A DNA stretch of 59,637 nucleotides from a virus (Duplodnaviria; Caudoviricetes): positions 1 to 59,637 of the IMG/VR virus record IMGVR_UViG_3300048583_000219; one strand, 5' to 3'. Positions within the stretch are counted from its first letter, which is position 1. Each line of letters begins with the position of its first letter. The translations under genes were made by a program, and so were the position numbers. The notes beneath the pieces were generated by a model, which made no database searches, was not told the origin of the DNA, and saw nothing but the letters and a program-made list of their open reading frames with translations. Positions 34,958 to 44,500 of this stretch are shown here, in pieces.

Positions 34958-35770
34958 ATGGCTGAAACAACTGAAATCTCGTGGTGCGATGCCACAATCA
35001 ATCTCTGGTGGGGATGTTCCAAAGTCTCCCCAGGCTGCGCCAACTGCTATGCCGACAGCTTCTCGAAGCGATGGGGCAAGGACATTTGGGGCAAAGGCAA
35101 GCCGCGTGAGGATCACCGGGCCGGCGCGATCAAGACGGCGATGAAGCTGAATCGCCAAGCGGAGAAGGAAGCAAAGCGCCTGCGCGTGTTCTCAGCCTCT
35201 ATGTCGGACTGGCTGGATGACGAGGTGCCGAAAGAGTGGCAAAACGACCTGCTGCGACTTATCGAAGCCACGCCTCATCTTGATTGGCTTCTCCTTACCA
35301 AACGTCCGGAAAATTGGGAGGGCGTGATGACAAACGCCCTGCTCGATGGTGTGGATATGGTGCATGAGTGGGTCAACGGCAGGCCGCCTGCAAACGTCTG
35401 GATCGGCACCACCGTCGAGGACCAGGCGCGCGCCGACGAACGGATTCCGCTGCTGTTGGACATCCCGGCCATGGTGCGCTTCCTCTCGTGCGAACCTCTT
35501 TTGGAAGCCGTGGACGTGGCATGCCATTTCCGCTGCCACTTCACCGCAAACGGCAGATGGCCCGGACTGAACTGGATCATCTGCGGCGGCGAGTCCGGTC
35601 CCGGCTTCCGACCATTCAATCCCGATTGGGCGAGAAGCCTGCGCGACCAGTGTAAGGCCGCCGGAGTGGCGTTCCACATGAAGCAGATGGGCGGAATGCG
35701 CCCAAACACGATGCCGCCAATACCGGACGACCTGATGATCCGTGAATATCCAACCAGCACAATCCCATGA
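34958..35770 (+). CDS. Phage Gp37/Gp68 (DUF5131) radical-SAM-like protein
   Basis: GCSKVSPGCANCYA, SMSDW, LLTKRPE, FLSCEPLL and WIICGGESG. Confidence 0.88.
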   Translation: MAETTEISWCDATINLWWGCSKVSPGCANCYADSFSKRWGKDIWGKGKPREDHRAGAIKTAMKLNRQAEKEAKRLRVFSASMSDWLDDEVPKEWQNDLLRLIEATPHLDWLLLTKRPENWEGVMTNALLDGVDMVHEWVNGRPPANVWIGTTVEDQARADERIPLLLDIPAMVRFLSCEPLLEAVDVACHFRCHFTANGRWPGLNWIICGGESGPGFRPFNPDWARSLRDQCKAAGVAFHMKQMGGMRPNTMPPIPDDLMIREYPTSTIP

Positions 35771-36048
35771 CCGCACTCCAAGCACTCACCCACGCGCGCA
35801 AGCACGGCATCACGCCGGCAGCGCTGCACCCACTCCTGGCACTCGTCGAGGACAGCCCGCTTGGGCCGTCCGAACTCAGCCGGCGGATCGGAAGCAGTCG
35901 CGCCAACATGACAGGACTGATCGACCGTCTTGTGCGTGATGGATGGATCGAAAGAACAGAGAACAAGCAGGACCGTCGCCAATTCGTTTTGATCCCAACG
36001 GAGCGCGCCTTCGAGATCCTGACACCCGCCATCGAGGAAGACTTATGA
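35767..36048 (+). CDS. MarR-family winged-helix regulator
   Basis: SELSRRIGSSRANMTGLIDRLVRDGWIER...DRR. Confidence 0.8.
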   Translation: MTALQALTHARKHGITPAALHPLLALVEDSPLGPSELSRRIGSSRANMTGLIDRLVRDGWIERTENKQDRRQFVLIPTERAFEILTPAIEEDL

Positions 36049-36257
36049 AAGCCCCTATCCGAAACTGCGAGAAGTGCATCCACTTCGTGCAACTGCCCGA
36101 GAAGAAACGCGCCCACTGCGCACGCGGGAAGAAGCTCCACTTCATTTTCCCGAAGCTGTCGGGGTTACAGCATCCCGACACATGGGGATACCGGACAAGC
36201 TGCAACCTGTTCGTCAAAGCTTCTCAGCCCAAGCCTGCACCAACTCACCCGGCGTGA
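36045..36257 (+). CDS. Small Cys-rich protein
   Basis: RNCEKCIHF...C...C; ATGA-coupled. Confidence 0.45.
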   Translation: MKAPIRNCEKCIHFVQLPEKKRAHCARGKKLHFIFPKLSGLQHPDTWGYRTSCNLFVKASQPKPAPTHPA

Positions 36258-36423
36258 TTCTCCGCGCTTCCGCGGTGCCCTCGACCTTGGCCTTGGCCTC
36301 ATCGGAGACACGGACAGACAGCAAGGCACGGCGCGAGCCTTCGATAGGTTTGCGGCCGGATCCGGGCCGCTTGCCTCCGCGGCCTGGCCCCTTTTTCTTG
36401 GCGATCTTTTTCTTGGCACTCAT
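36214..36423 (-). CDS. Small DNA-binding protein (GGxRxGxGRK plus RHH-like)
   Basis: RGGKRPGSGRKP...LSVRVSDE. Confidence 0.6.
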   Translation of the reverse strand: MSAKKKIAKKKGPGRGGKRPGSGRKPIEGSRRALLSVRVSDEAKAKVEGTAEARRITPGELVQAWAEKL

Positions 36424-36602
36424 GGTTGATCTTGATCCGGGTTATGGCGGAGTCTCGTCGGATGCGGCGCACTACCTTCCATCGAGTCGATCGCATCGGT
36501 GAGTTCTCGCATCTGGAAGACGAGTTCACGGATCGTCTTTTCCATCAGGGTGATTTTGGCGGTTTGCGCTTCGAGCAGGCGCTTCAATTTCTTGCGTTTC
36601 AT
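36420..36602 (-). CDS. Hypothetical protein
   Basis: MKRKKLKRLL...; ATGA-coupled chain. Confidence 0.45.
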   Translation of the reverse strand: MKRKKLKRLLEAQTAKITLMEKTIRELVFQMRELTDAIDSMEGSAPHPTRLRHNPDQDQP

Positions 36603-36904
36603 GCTGCTTTGAAGGGGATGATGTTGGTGGGGTTGGCGATTGGTTCCGAAACCTCGGGAATCGCGCGTTCCTTGGCGCGGAAGCTCGGTGCCATCGAGTA
36701 GCGTCCATAGGGATAGAAATACTCGGCACCGGTGTAGGAGTCGATCAGCAGACCGCGGCGGACGATCCCACGAGACCCGCCCAAGTCCACGAGAACGGAC
36801 TTGGCGGTTCTGGAAATGATGCGGGCGGTGTAAATGCAATCATGGTCGCACAGCGAGCGGGTGGTCAGGACATCTTCCGGGGCGAATCTGGCGTTGGTTT
36901 TCAT
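36599..36904 (-). CDS. Hypothetical protein
   Basis: TRSLCDHDCIY...RTAKSV pattern of small phage early proteins. Confidence 0.6.
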   Translation of the reverse strand: MKTNARFAPEDVLTTRSLCDHDCIYTARIISRTAKSVLVDLGGSRGIVRRGLLIDSYTGAEYFYPYGRYSMAPSFRAKERAIPEVSEPIANPTNIIPFKAA

Positions 36905-37260
36905 GGATTAAGAAAGTGATGGGCTTGGTTAGCCACAATGCGGCATATTTCGACGTGTTTGCTGAGTTTGGCATCGCCGGTCGGGGTAAGGTGGTGGCGG
37001 AGTGATTCCAACCAATCGATTGACCCGTTCAGGACTTCTTCAAGGCTTTCAACCAATGCAGCCGGCTCAGGGTTAAGCCAGTGGGTTGTATCTCCGATTC
37101 TCCATCCAATCAGAATCGATTCCTGCCCCCAAAGAGCGACGATGCGCTGTCCGGATTCATCCTCCCATGCGTGGGTTCCGTGGTGTTTTGGAAGGCGTTT
37201 CAGGGCCGATGGCTTTCCGGAAAAACGGGCATAAGCTTGTTCTGCGATTTTAGTTGTCAT
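36901..37260 (-). CDS. Hypothetical protein
   Basis: Member of the tightly packed leftward operon. Confidence 0.5.
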   Translation of the reverse strand: MTTKIAEQAYARFSGKPSALKRLPKHHGTHAWEDESGQRIVALWGQESILIGWRIGDTTHWLNPEPAALVESLEEVLNGSIDWLESLRHHLTPTGDAKLSKHVEICRIVANQAHHFLNP

Positions 37261-37264
37261 AGTT

Positions 37265-37570
37265 TCAGTTGGTTGAGAATTGCAGGATGTTGGATGGTGT
37301 GTGGTCGAAGCTCACATCGCCCGCAATCAAATCACGGGCAGCCTCGATGATCGCTTTCATTTCCGCGGACTTGTAGCCGGCCAAGGCTTCGGGGAATCCC
37401 CCGTGGAACGTCCGGCCATAGATGGAACGCAAGCCGCGCGTGGTGGTGTGGACCGTGACGTGTTTCCCGCCTTTGTAGGCGCACACGGTGGCGGACATCT
37501 TCCCGCAGGTCGCGCCGACAGCGCTGGTGCCTTCAAGGTTGATTTCGGAATAGGTGATGAGCGTGTCCAT
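37265..37570 (-). CDS. Hypothetical protein
   Basis: Member of the leftward operon. Confidence 0.55.
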   Translation of the reverse strand: MDTLITYSEINLEGTSAVGATCGKMSATVCAYKGGKHVTVHTTTRGLRSIYGRTFHGGFPEALAGYKSAEMKAIIEAARDLIAGDVSFDHTPSNILQFSTN

Positions 37571-37574
37571 GGTT

Positions 37575-37883
37575 TCAGGCGGCTGGGGTTTCGGCTTTCT
37601 TCAAGACTTCCTCGATGCGGGGAAGCAGTTCGTTGACAGGCTTGCCAAACTTCGTGGCAACGCGCACGGCGTTCAAGACGCCATAGAGTTCAGTGTTGAT
37701 CGTGGCGGCATTTAAGACTTTGGAGGCGGCAGCAAGCGCCATCTTCCGGGCAATTGCAGAATCGCCCCTCAAGATCGCGCAAACGGCAGGGGTTTCCGAC
37801 CCCGTGTGTTGCACGGGTTGATCGAGTGCGGCGGCAATGAAGTTGAGGGAATCGAGGATTTCGTTTTGGCGGGCTGTGTTCAT
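37575..37883 (-). CDS. Hypothetical protein
   Basis: Member of the leftward operon. Confidence 0.55.
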   Translation of the reverse strand: MNTARQNEILDSLNFIAAALDQPVQHTGSETPAVCAILRGDSAIARKMALAAASKVLNAATINTELYGVLNAVRVATKFGKPVNELLPRIEEVLKKAETPAA

Positions 37884-37908
37884 GGTGTTGGCTGTGTGGG
37901 GTTGGAGA

Positions 37909-38187
37909 TTAGGAAGGGATGCCGAAGCGATCGAAATACCGATCCGCGATGGCTGAGAAGCGGGATAGGTCGTGGCCAGTGTTGGCCGCGCGGCAAAGGA
38001 CGTGGCGGAATGCCCGCTTCCTTGATTCGAAAGCGATCGATCCGTAAGACATCGATGGGGATTCGTAGGTCATTACCTCGAAGCCATTGGCTACCGGATA
38101 AATCCGGATGGCTCCGGCCTTGAGAAGAGAGAGCATGCGCTTGGCTTTCCTGCGGGCGGCTGCGGTGTAGGGCGTGGAAGGTTTCAT
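37909..38187 (-). CDS. Hypothetical protein
   Basis: Starts MKPSTPY. Confidence 0.5.
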   Translation of the reverse strand: MKPSTPYTAAARRKAKRMLSLLKAGAIRIYPVANGFEVMTYESPSMSYGSIAFESRKRAFRHVLCRAANTGHDLSRFSAIADRYFDRFGIPS

Positions 38188-38200
38188 GGTCGTGGTGGGG

Positions 38201-38557
38201 TTAGCGGAGAAAATAGGGCAGGAAGTCCTTGGCAGTTTCACGGTCGAGGATGATCGGGAACGAGTCGTCCGGGAGTTCCTTCACGAAACCAACGAAGTCC
38301 CCGAGGTTATAGCAGGCGAACGCTTCACGCTTCCGACCCGTCGAGCGGTAGAATGTCCCGTTTTTCAAAGACTCCTTCCCGTAAGCGTAATACGTGTTCT
38401 TCGGGGGAAGCGGCTTGAAATCGGGGAGATCCGTGCAGCAGGTTCCACCGGGGAGGCGGAGCACGTAGAGGTTTTCACAGTAGTGGCTCACGATGGTGGC
38501 GGGATAGGTGCCGTAGTAACCGGTCGTGCCGGGGGCGAGTAGTGATTCAGTTTTCAT
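38201..38557 (-). CDS. Hypothetical protein
   Basis: Member of the leftward operon. Confidence 0.55.
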   Translation of the reverse strand: MKTESLLAPGTTGYYGTYPATIVSHYCENLYVLRLPGGTCCTDLPDFKPLPPKNTYYAYGKESLKNGTFYRSTGRKREAFACYNLGDFVGFVKELPDDSFPIILDRETAKDFLPYFLR

Positions 38558-38575
38558 TGGTTCGTGGGGTTGGGG

Positions 38576-38965
38576 TTAGGAAAGGGACTTGCCAATCACG
38601 TCCAGCGCTTGAAGGCGCGACTCGTGAACCGACATCGGATATTCATCCTCGGTGAAATCACGCCGGCCTTTCAGCACGTCCAAGCGGACGTAACTCAGAT
38701 CCTCAAGGGACTTGATCGGTTCACCCAAGGTGACATCAGCAAGCAGGGCAATCGCTTCTTCAACGGTCATGGCGGGGGCCGGAGGAAGACCATGGATCAG
38801 CCTCACGTTCGTGAAATCGTGGTGATAGTCCATGCAATCGCTTTCGGTTCCCTCGCACATTTTCTCGCCCGCAGCGTTCATCAAAACGAAGTCGGTCGAG
38901 TCGGGATCAGGACGATAGAGGTAGTGGGGAGTGGGAGTCGGTTTCATGGTCAGTTCCTTTCTCAT
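38576..38965 (-). CDS. Hypothetical protein (first gene of the leftward operon)
   Basis: Start at 38965 or 38947 (AAAGGA RBS before the latter). Confidence 0.55.
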   Translation of the reverse strand: MRKELTMKPTPTPHYLYRPDPDSTDFVLMNAAGEKMCEGTESDCMDYHHDFTNVRLIHGLPPAPAMTVEEAIALLADVTLGEPIKSLEDLSYVRLDVLKGRRDFTEDEYPMSVHESRLQALDVIGKSLS

Positions 38966-38973
38966 TGCGACTC

Positions 38974-39002
38974 TATTTACCCCCTTTTCTGATTCACGTC
39001 AA
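38974..39002 (-). promoter_or_regulatory. Sigma70-like promoter of the leftward operon
   Basis: TTGACG, 17 nt, TAAATA on the minus strand. Confidence 0.55.
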
Positions 39003-39059
39003 CAGAAATCATACGCTCAATCAAAAATAATTCATTTTTCTTCCTCAACCCACCCCTCC

Positions 39060-39099
39060 GCTGCGCCCGTTCACAAAAGCTCGCCAGCCTGATTAAAAT
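39060..39099 (+). promoter_or_regulatory. Phage-specific promoter, copy 5 (terminase)
   Basis: GCTGCGCCCGTT, 22 nt, TAAAAT. Confidence 0.7.
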
Positions 39100-39135
39100 G
39101 TAGACGTCCGACGACGCGAACAGCACTCGACACCT

Positions 39136-39609
39136 ATGAAGAAGAAGACTCCAACGAAGCTCCCTCCGAAGCGGGGAAAGTGCCCACCCAAACCCCGACC
39201 GCTCAACGTAAGGCAAGAGCGATTCTGCGAATTAGTGGCAGGTGGGGAATCAGGAACCGAAGCATGGTTGAAGGCCGGGTACAAGGTAACTAGAGAGGTT
39301 GCGCGCACAAATGCCGCAGAGTCCCTAGCAAATCCTCGCATCAAGGCCCGCGTCGAGGAACTACGCAAGCCGCAGACCAAGGCATTGCTTCTCACGCGCG
39401 ACCGGAAGCGCGAAATCCTGCGGGAAATCGTGGAGGACAGAACCGCGCCACTGGACGCCCGGATTCGATCCATGGCGGAGGATTCCCGCATGGCCGGCCA
39501 TTACGAGCCGGACCGGACGGAAATCGATGTAGGGCAGAGAACGCTGCAATCCATCCGCGAGCGTGCGGCGCAAGTCGGGTTCGCCCTGGCATCGCATTAT
39601 TCCCCATGA
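39136..39609 (+). CDS. terS: Terminase small subunit
   Basis: LNVRQERFCE...GTEAWLKAGY...AAESLANPRIKARVEEL. Confidence 0.85.
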   Translation: MKKKTPTKLPPKRGKCPPKPRPLNVRQERFCELVAGGESGTEAWLKAGYKVTREVARTNAAESLANPRIKARVEELRKPQTKALLLTRDRKREILREIVEDRTAPLDARIRSMAEDSRMAGHYEPDRTEIDVGQRTLQSIRERAAQVGFALASHYSP

Positions 39610-41405
39610 GTGCCGAACCGGCCATCGTCTCCAAGTTTCGGCAATCCCTCGACGGCAAGACCGACGAGGAGCTTGAAGCCCTGGCTTACAACTCGCCTGC
39701 GGTCCACTTCTCCCTGTTCATGGAGATCAAGGACAAGAACGGGAAATGGATCCGCCCATACGCCAATGTCCTGCAACTGCGTGTGTCCGAAGTGATCGAG
39801 CAACTGCGGGCGGAATGCCCCGGCCTGCGCATCCGGATCGTGGCAGTGAAACCGCGGCGGGCGGGTCTTTCCACCTTCTCCCTGTTCTGTGGCTACCACG
39901 AGGCCATGCGGCGGGAAATCGAGGGGATCACCATTGCGGACTGCAAGGACAACTCGGAAATGCTCACCGAGAAGCTGACGGAATACTCGACGCATGACAG
40001 TTTCCCGTGGGGAGTGCGCCAAACACAGGATGCCACCGGAGAAAAGGCATGGAGCAACGGCAGCCGGTGGGTGGTGGACACCGCGGAAAACCCGGATGCG
40101 GGCGTGGGCGGCACCCGCCACTTCGGACACTTCTCGGAGGTCGCCAAGTTCCCGCAAACGCGGGTGAAGAACGACGTGAAGACGATGACCGCGGCGCTTC
40201 CGTCCCTCGATGGTGACGAGACGATCGCCATCGCGGAGTCCACGCCAGAAATGGCTTCCGGGTGGTTTCACAACACCTTCACCGAGTCCGGCATGTGGCT
40301 GGAAGACTTCCTCAAGAAGTGGCGCAACGAGGGATACCGGCCCGGTGAACAGTGGATCAAGGTATTCGCCGCCTGGTGGGAGTTTGCGGACTACCGCCGC
40401 CAGCATCCCGTGGGAGAAGTGGAGCGGCAGGAGATCGACGAGACACTGACGCAGATCGAGCGGGAGGAACGGCAGAAATACAAGCTGACATACGAGCAAC
40501 TGGCGTGGCGGCGCGACACGATCCGTGACGTTTGCAACGGCGATGCGAAGATTTTCGCGTTCTACTACCCATCGGACCCGGTATCGTGCTGGGTGGCCGG
40601 TGGTGCACCGCGGTTCGACATGCAGCGATTGGCGGAATGGGAAGTGAGGGCGAAAGTTGCCATGCCGGAAACCGGGTATCTGGTGAAGCAGGACCGCGGA
40701 AACGTGACGTTCTCCCCGCAACACGACGGCACCGGCGACATCCTGATTTATGAGCGCCCGCTACCAGGCTGCAAATACTGCGTGGCGATCGACCCGGCGG
40801 AGTCGAAAAGCCAGACCATCGGTGCGGACACCGACCCGCACAGCCTCACGGTGTGGCGGAATGCCTACCATGATACGAACCTTGACCGGTGGATGAAATC
40901 GAAGTTGGTCGCCAGGCTGCGCCCGCCGTTCCGCGGGGAGGAAGACGAACTGGCAAAACACGCCATCCGCCTCAGCGTCTATTACGGACGCGCCCTCATC
41001 GCTCCGGAGACCAACAAGGGATTCCACACCCTGCGCGTGCTCCAAGAGGCTGGCATGCCGATCTACAAGCGCCGCCCGATTTCCCACCGCACCGGCAAGG
41101 TCGAAGAGCAATACGGCTTCAAGACCGACGAACAGAACCGCGAGGCGATCATTTCCGGACTGGCGAGCGCCATCACCTACGATCAACTCGACATCCTGTG
41201 TCCGCACATGATCGGGGAAATGAAAACATTCATCCGCGGGCCGAAGCGGGCGGAAGCCGCGCCAAACAAGCATGATGACGACGTGATGGGCGCTGCGATC
41301 GCATGGGAAGTCCTGCCAAGCGCCACGGAATACATGCGCCACGAGGCCCGCCACGAAGACCCGCCCGACGATCAAAGCTGGAAGTCGGCGGCGTGGAAGT
41401 GGTGA
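39606..41405 (+). CDS. terL: Terminase large subunit
   Basis: KPRRAGLST (Walker A-like), HFSEVA (Walker B), AESTP coupling motif, AIDPA nuclease motif and HDDDVMG. Confidence 0.85.
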   Translation: MSAEPAIVSKFRQSLDGKTDEELEALAYNSPAVHFSLFMEIKDKNGKWIRPYANVLQLRVSEVIEQLRAECPGLRIRIVAVKPRRAGLSTFSLFCGYHEAMRREIEGITIADCKDNSEMLTEKLTEYSTHDSFPWGVRQTQDATGEKAWSNGSRWVVDTAENPDAGVGGTRHFGHFSEVAKFPQTRVKNDVKTMTAALPSLDGDETIAIAESTPEMASGWFHNTFTESGMWLEDFLKKWRNEGYRPGEQWIKVFAAWWEFADYRRQHPVGEVERQEIDETLTQIEREERQKYKLTYEQLAWRRDTIRDVCNGDAKIFAFYYPSDPVSCWVAGGAPRFDMQRLAEWEVRAKVAMPETGYLVKQDRGNVTFSPQHDGTGDILIYERPLPGCKYCVAIDPAESKSQTIGADTDPHSLTVWRNAYHDTNLDRWMKSKLVARLRPPFRGEEDELAKHAIRLSVYYGRALIAPETNKGFHTLRVLQEAGMPIYKRRPISHRTGKVEEQYGFKTDEQNREAIISGLASAITYDQLDILCPHMIGEMKTFIRGPKRAEAAPNKHDDDVMGAAIAWEVLPSATEYMRHEARHEDPPDDQSWKSAAWKW

Positions 41406-41450
41406 AGCATTTCCGCGGCCGGAGTTAGGGACAGCCCCGGTCGCCATCCT

Positions 41451-41499
41451 GAGAGTCCCGCGGTTTCCTGGCTGGTTGTCCGCGGGACTCTCTCATTTT
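41451..41499 (+). terminator. Intrinsic terminator after terL
   Basis: GAGAGTCCCGCGG...CCGCGGGACTCTC followed by TCATTTT. Confidence 0.65.
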
Positions 41500-41526
41500 G
41501 GACGGTAGGACCAACCGTCCGATTTC

Positions 41527-41565
41527 GCTGCGCCCGTTATCCGTCGACCGCGGTTGTGGCATTCT
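41527..41565 (+). promoter_or_regulatory. Phage-specific promoter, copy 6 (giant gene)
   Basis: GCTGCGCCCGTT, 21 nt, CATTCT, 7 nt, then ATG 41573. Confidence 0.75.
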
Positions 41566-41572
41566 CCCCGGC

Positions 41573-44500
41573 ATGCCAAAATACAACCGGAGCTTGCCCG
41601 AGGATGAAATTGCTTCCTACCTCGCCCAGGCCAGACAAGGAACCGCCGGGGTCAACCCTCGCGCGCAAACGCTCGCCCGTTCGTCCAGCAACCGCCGCGC
41701 CCAGCGTTTCGGACAGGACATGATGGCGGACCAGATGGAGCAAAACGCCCGGAATGCGGAGGACATCGCGCGGGACCAGGATCGAGCGGCCAAAGAGGCG
41801 GAAGCCGCGGCGAAAGCCCAAGCCACAGAGCAAGCCAAGGCAGAGCGAGCCGCGCATTACCGCAATGTCAGGGAGGCCGAAGCCCAAGGGGCGAAGATTG
41901 TCACCGATATTCCGACCGGCAGGCGGACGGTGGCGACACATCCGGATGGTGGCACGATGTTTGAGAAAGGCGAGGTAGGAGAGCCATTCATCCAACCCAC
42001 TGCGGAAGCTGCCATTTCCAGCGTGCCGGGGATTGGCGACATGATGCGACTCACGCGGCCAGCGGACAAGCAGACACTCGACCAGACAACCGAGGTGGCG
42101 CAAAAGTTCCGGGATGACCGCGGGCGCGAAACGATCGCGCCGTTGCCATCGGACACCGACCCCAAGACCGGAGAAATCACCGGCAAGCTGAAAGACACGT
42201 TTGGTCAGACGGTCCCCGTGAAGCTCGGAACGGATCAACGCATTGCTGCGAGCAACCAGCGGGAAGCCGCCATCAAGGCCGAGAAACAAAAGTTGGACCT
42301 TCGGGAAAACCAGTTGAACCAAGCCAAAGCGCTCTTTGACCCGCAGTGGGCACCGGTGAAGAAGGAGTTCGATGCGCTCGGCAAGGAGTTGAACAGCTTC
42401 CCGAAGACGTTCCGCAAAAACCAAACAACCGGCAAGTGGGAGAAGATCGACCCGAAGACCGATAGCGGCATCCCATACGACCCGCGGGAATTGACAGTGT
42501 GGCAGAAAGAGCGCGATGCCCTTCAAACCCGGTATGAGGCCGCCAAGGCGAAGCACGACCAGATGCTTCCCGCCGCGGAGAACTTCAACCGGAACGAGCG
42601 GGAGATTTCACAGAAGCGCCTCAAACTCGAAGCGGAGCGGCTGAAACTGGCAAGCGGACGCCCCCTTGACGAGGATCTGGCGCAACTACTCGCGGACAAG
42701 CCAGAAAGCGTAAAGCCCGAGGACGTGGCAGCGTTTGGAGACAATCAGCCCCCGGCCAATTCATCCGAACAGCCTGTTGGCGCGAATAACGCACCCGCAG
42801 GAGAGAGCCGCCTGCCGCGAGTCTTGGACGCAATGGACGCCGCCGAAGCTCGGATTCGCCGCGATGCGGCCATCGGAGACATTGACCCGGCGACAGCGGA
42901 GCGCAAGACGCAAGCCCTCGCCGCCCTTAAGCAACAAACGGTAGAACAGGCGAAAACCGAAGCCGCGGCGCAACTTGAAGCGCAAGGCAGGGAAATCGCC
43001 TCGCAGTTCATCGGCACTGGCGTTCGCTCGCAAGAACTGACCGGCGCGAAGCCTGGCAACTATGCCGGCATCAAGAACGAGATTTCCGAGATGGGCGCGT
43101 TCATCATGGGCAAGGACAACACGCCCGAGAAGTCCGCGCAAATGTTCCGCTTGGCGGGCAATGACCTCGATGGAGCCATCAAGCTCGCGGAGGGCGAGAC
43201 GAAAAAGAACCTCACGGCCATGAAAGCCGCCTTCGACAAGGCGGGAATCAAGCCGGAGGATCGCACGCGCATCATTCAGGACGCCGCCAAGTCGCAGGCA
43301 TGGACCGAGAAGGACAAAGACAACCTGCGCAAGCTCTCCACCGGCGATCTGGTCATCAATCCGGGACGGGTGTTCGGCCAGAAAGACGCGATGATTGCCG
43401 AAATCAACGCTTCAGACGCCACACCGGAGGCCAAAGCGGCAGCGGTCGAGCGGCTGGATGCCATGCGTGAAGCCATGGAGGGCAAGCTATTCCGCGCCAC
43501 GGTGGCGGCGGATGATGATTTCGAGGACTTCGCCAATTCCCAATTCAAGGCCGGAAACCGCGACAAGTCTGCCATTCTCGACCAGTGGGCGGAGCAACAG
43601 AAAGCCCGCGGATGGGTCTTCAAGGCCACCGATGCGGTCACAGAAGGCGTGAAAACAGGCTCGGTCGGCGTGGTGAAAACGCTCGTCGGCGGGGCAGCGG
43701 GCGTAAGTGCGCTCGTCGGTGCGGACGGCGCTGCGAAGTCCTTGGGACAGGCGGCTTCCGACATGGGCAACGTGATCCAAAGCGAGAAAGAAGCGGCCAA
43801 GCTCCGCGGAATGACTGGCTCTTTCGGTATCGCAAGCGACCTCACCGACACGGTGGTTCAGATGGCTCCGATGATCGCAGGCGGAACGGTTGCCGGCGGG
43901 CTGAAAGGCATGTCTGCCATCGCCACCCGAGGGATGTCCGCCTACGGATGGGCGGGGGCGCAAGGCTACGAATCCAAGCTGGCGGATGCGGTTTCCATTG
44001 CGGAACAGCAAAAAGGCTCTGCCCTCACCGGCGAGGAAATCGCCGCAGTGCTTGGACGCACGGATACCCAGGTTGCGGCATTCCTCAACGGCGCACAGAC
44101 GGCCATTCTCGCCGCGGCCATGCCGAAAGGTGCGGAACGTGTGGCGCTCGGCGTGAAGTCCGGCAGCATGACGGTTTCTGATTTCCTGCGCCAAGGCGGC
44201 ATGCGGGCCATCAAGGATGGCACGCTTCGCACGGAATTGAAGGCGATGGGCAAGACGATCTTCGCGGATGCCACCGATGAAGCGCTCGAAGAGTTCTCTA
44301 ACCAAGTCCTAGACGGCATGATTTCCGTCGCTGCGCTGGATCAGGAATTGAAGCTCGGGGATCTACTGGAAGAGTCATTCAAGGCCGGCGCGCTCGGCGG
44401 ACTGGTTGGCGGCGGTCTCCCGCAGGTTTATCGAGGCGAAACCAAGGCAGACAAGCACAAGCAGATGGTCGCCGCCCTGCAACAACAGACGCTTGGCACG

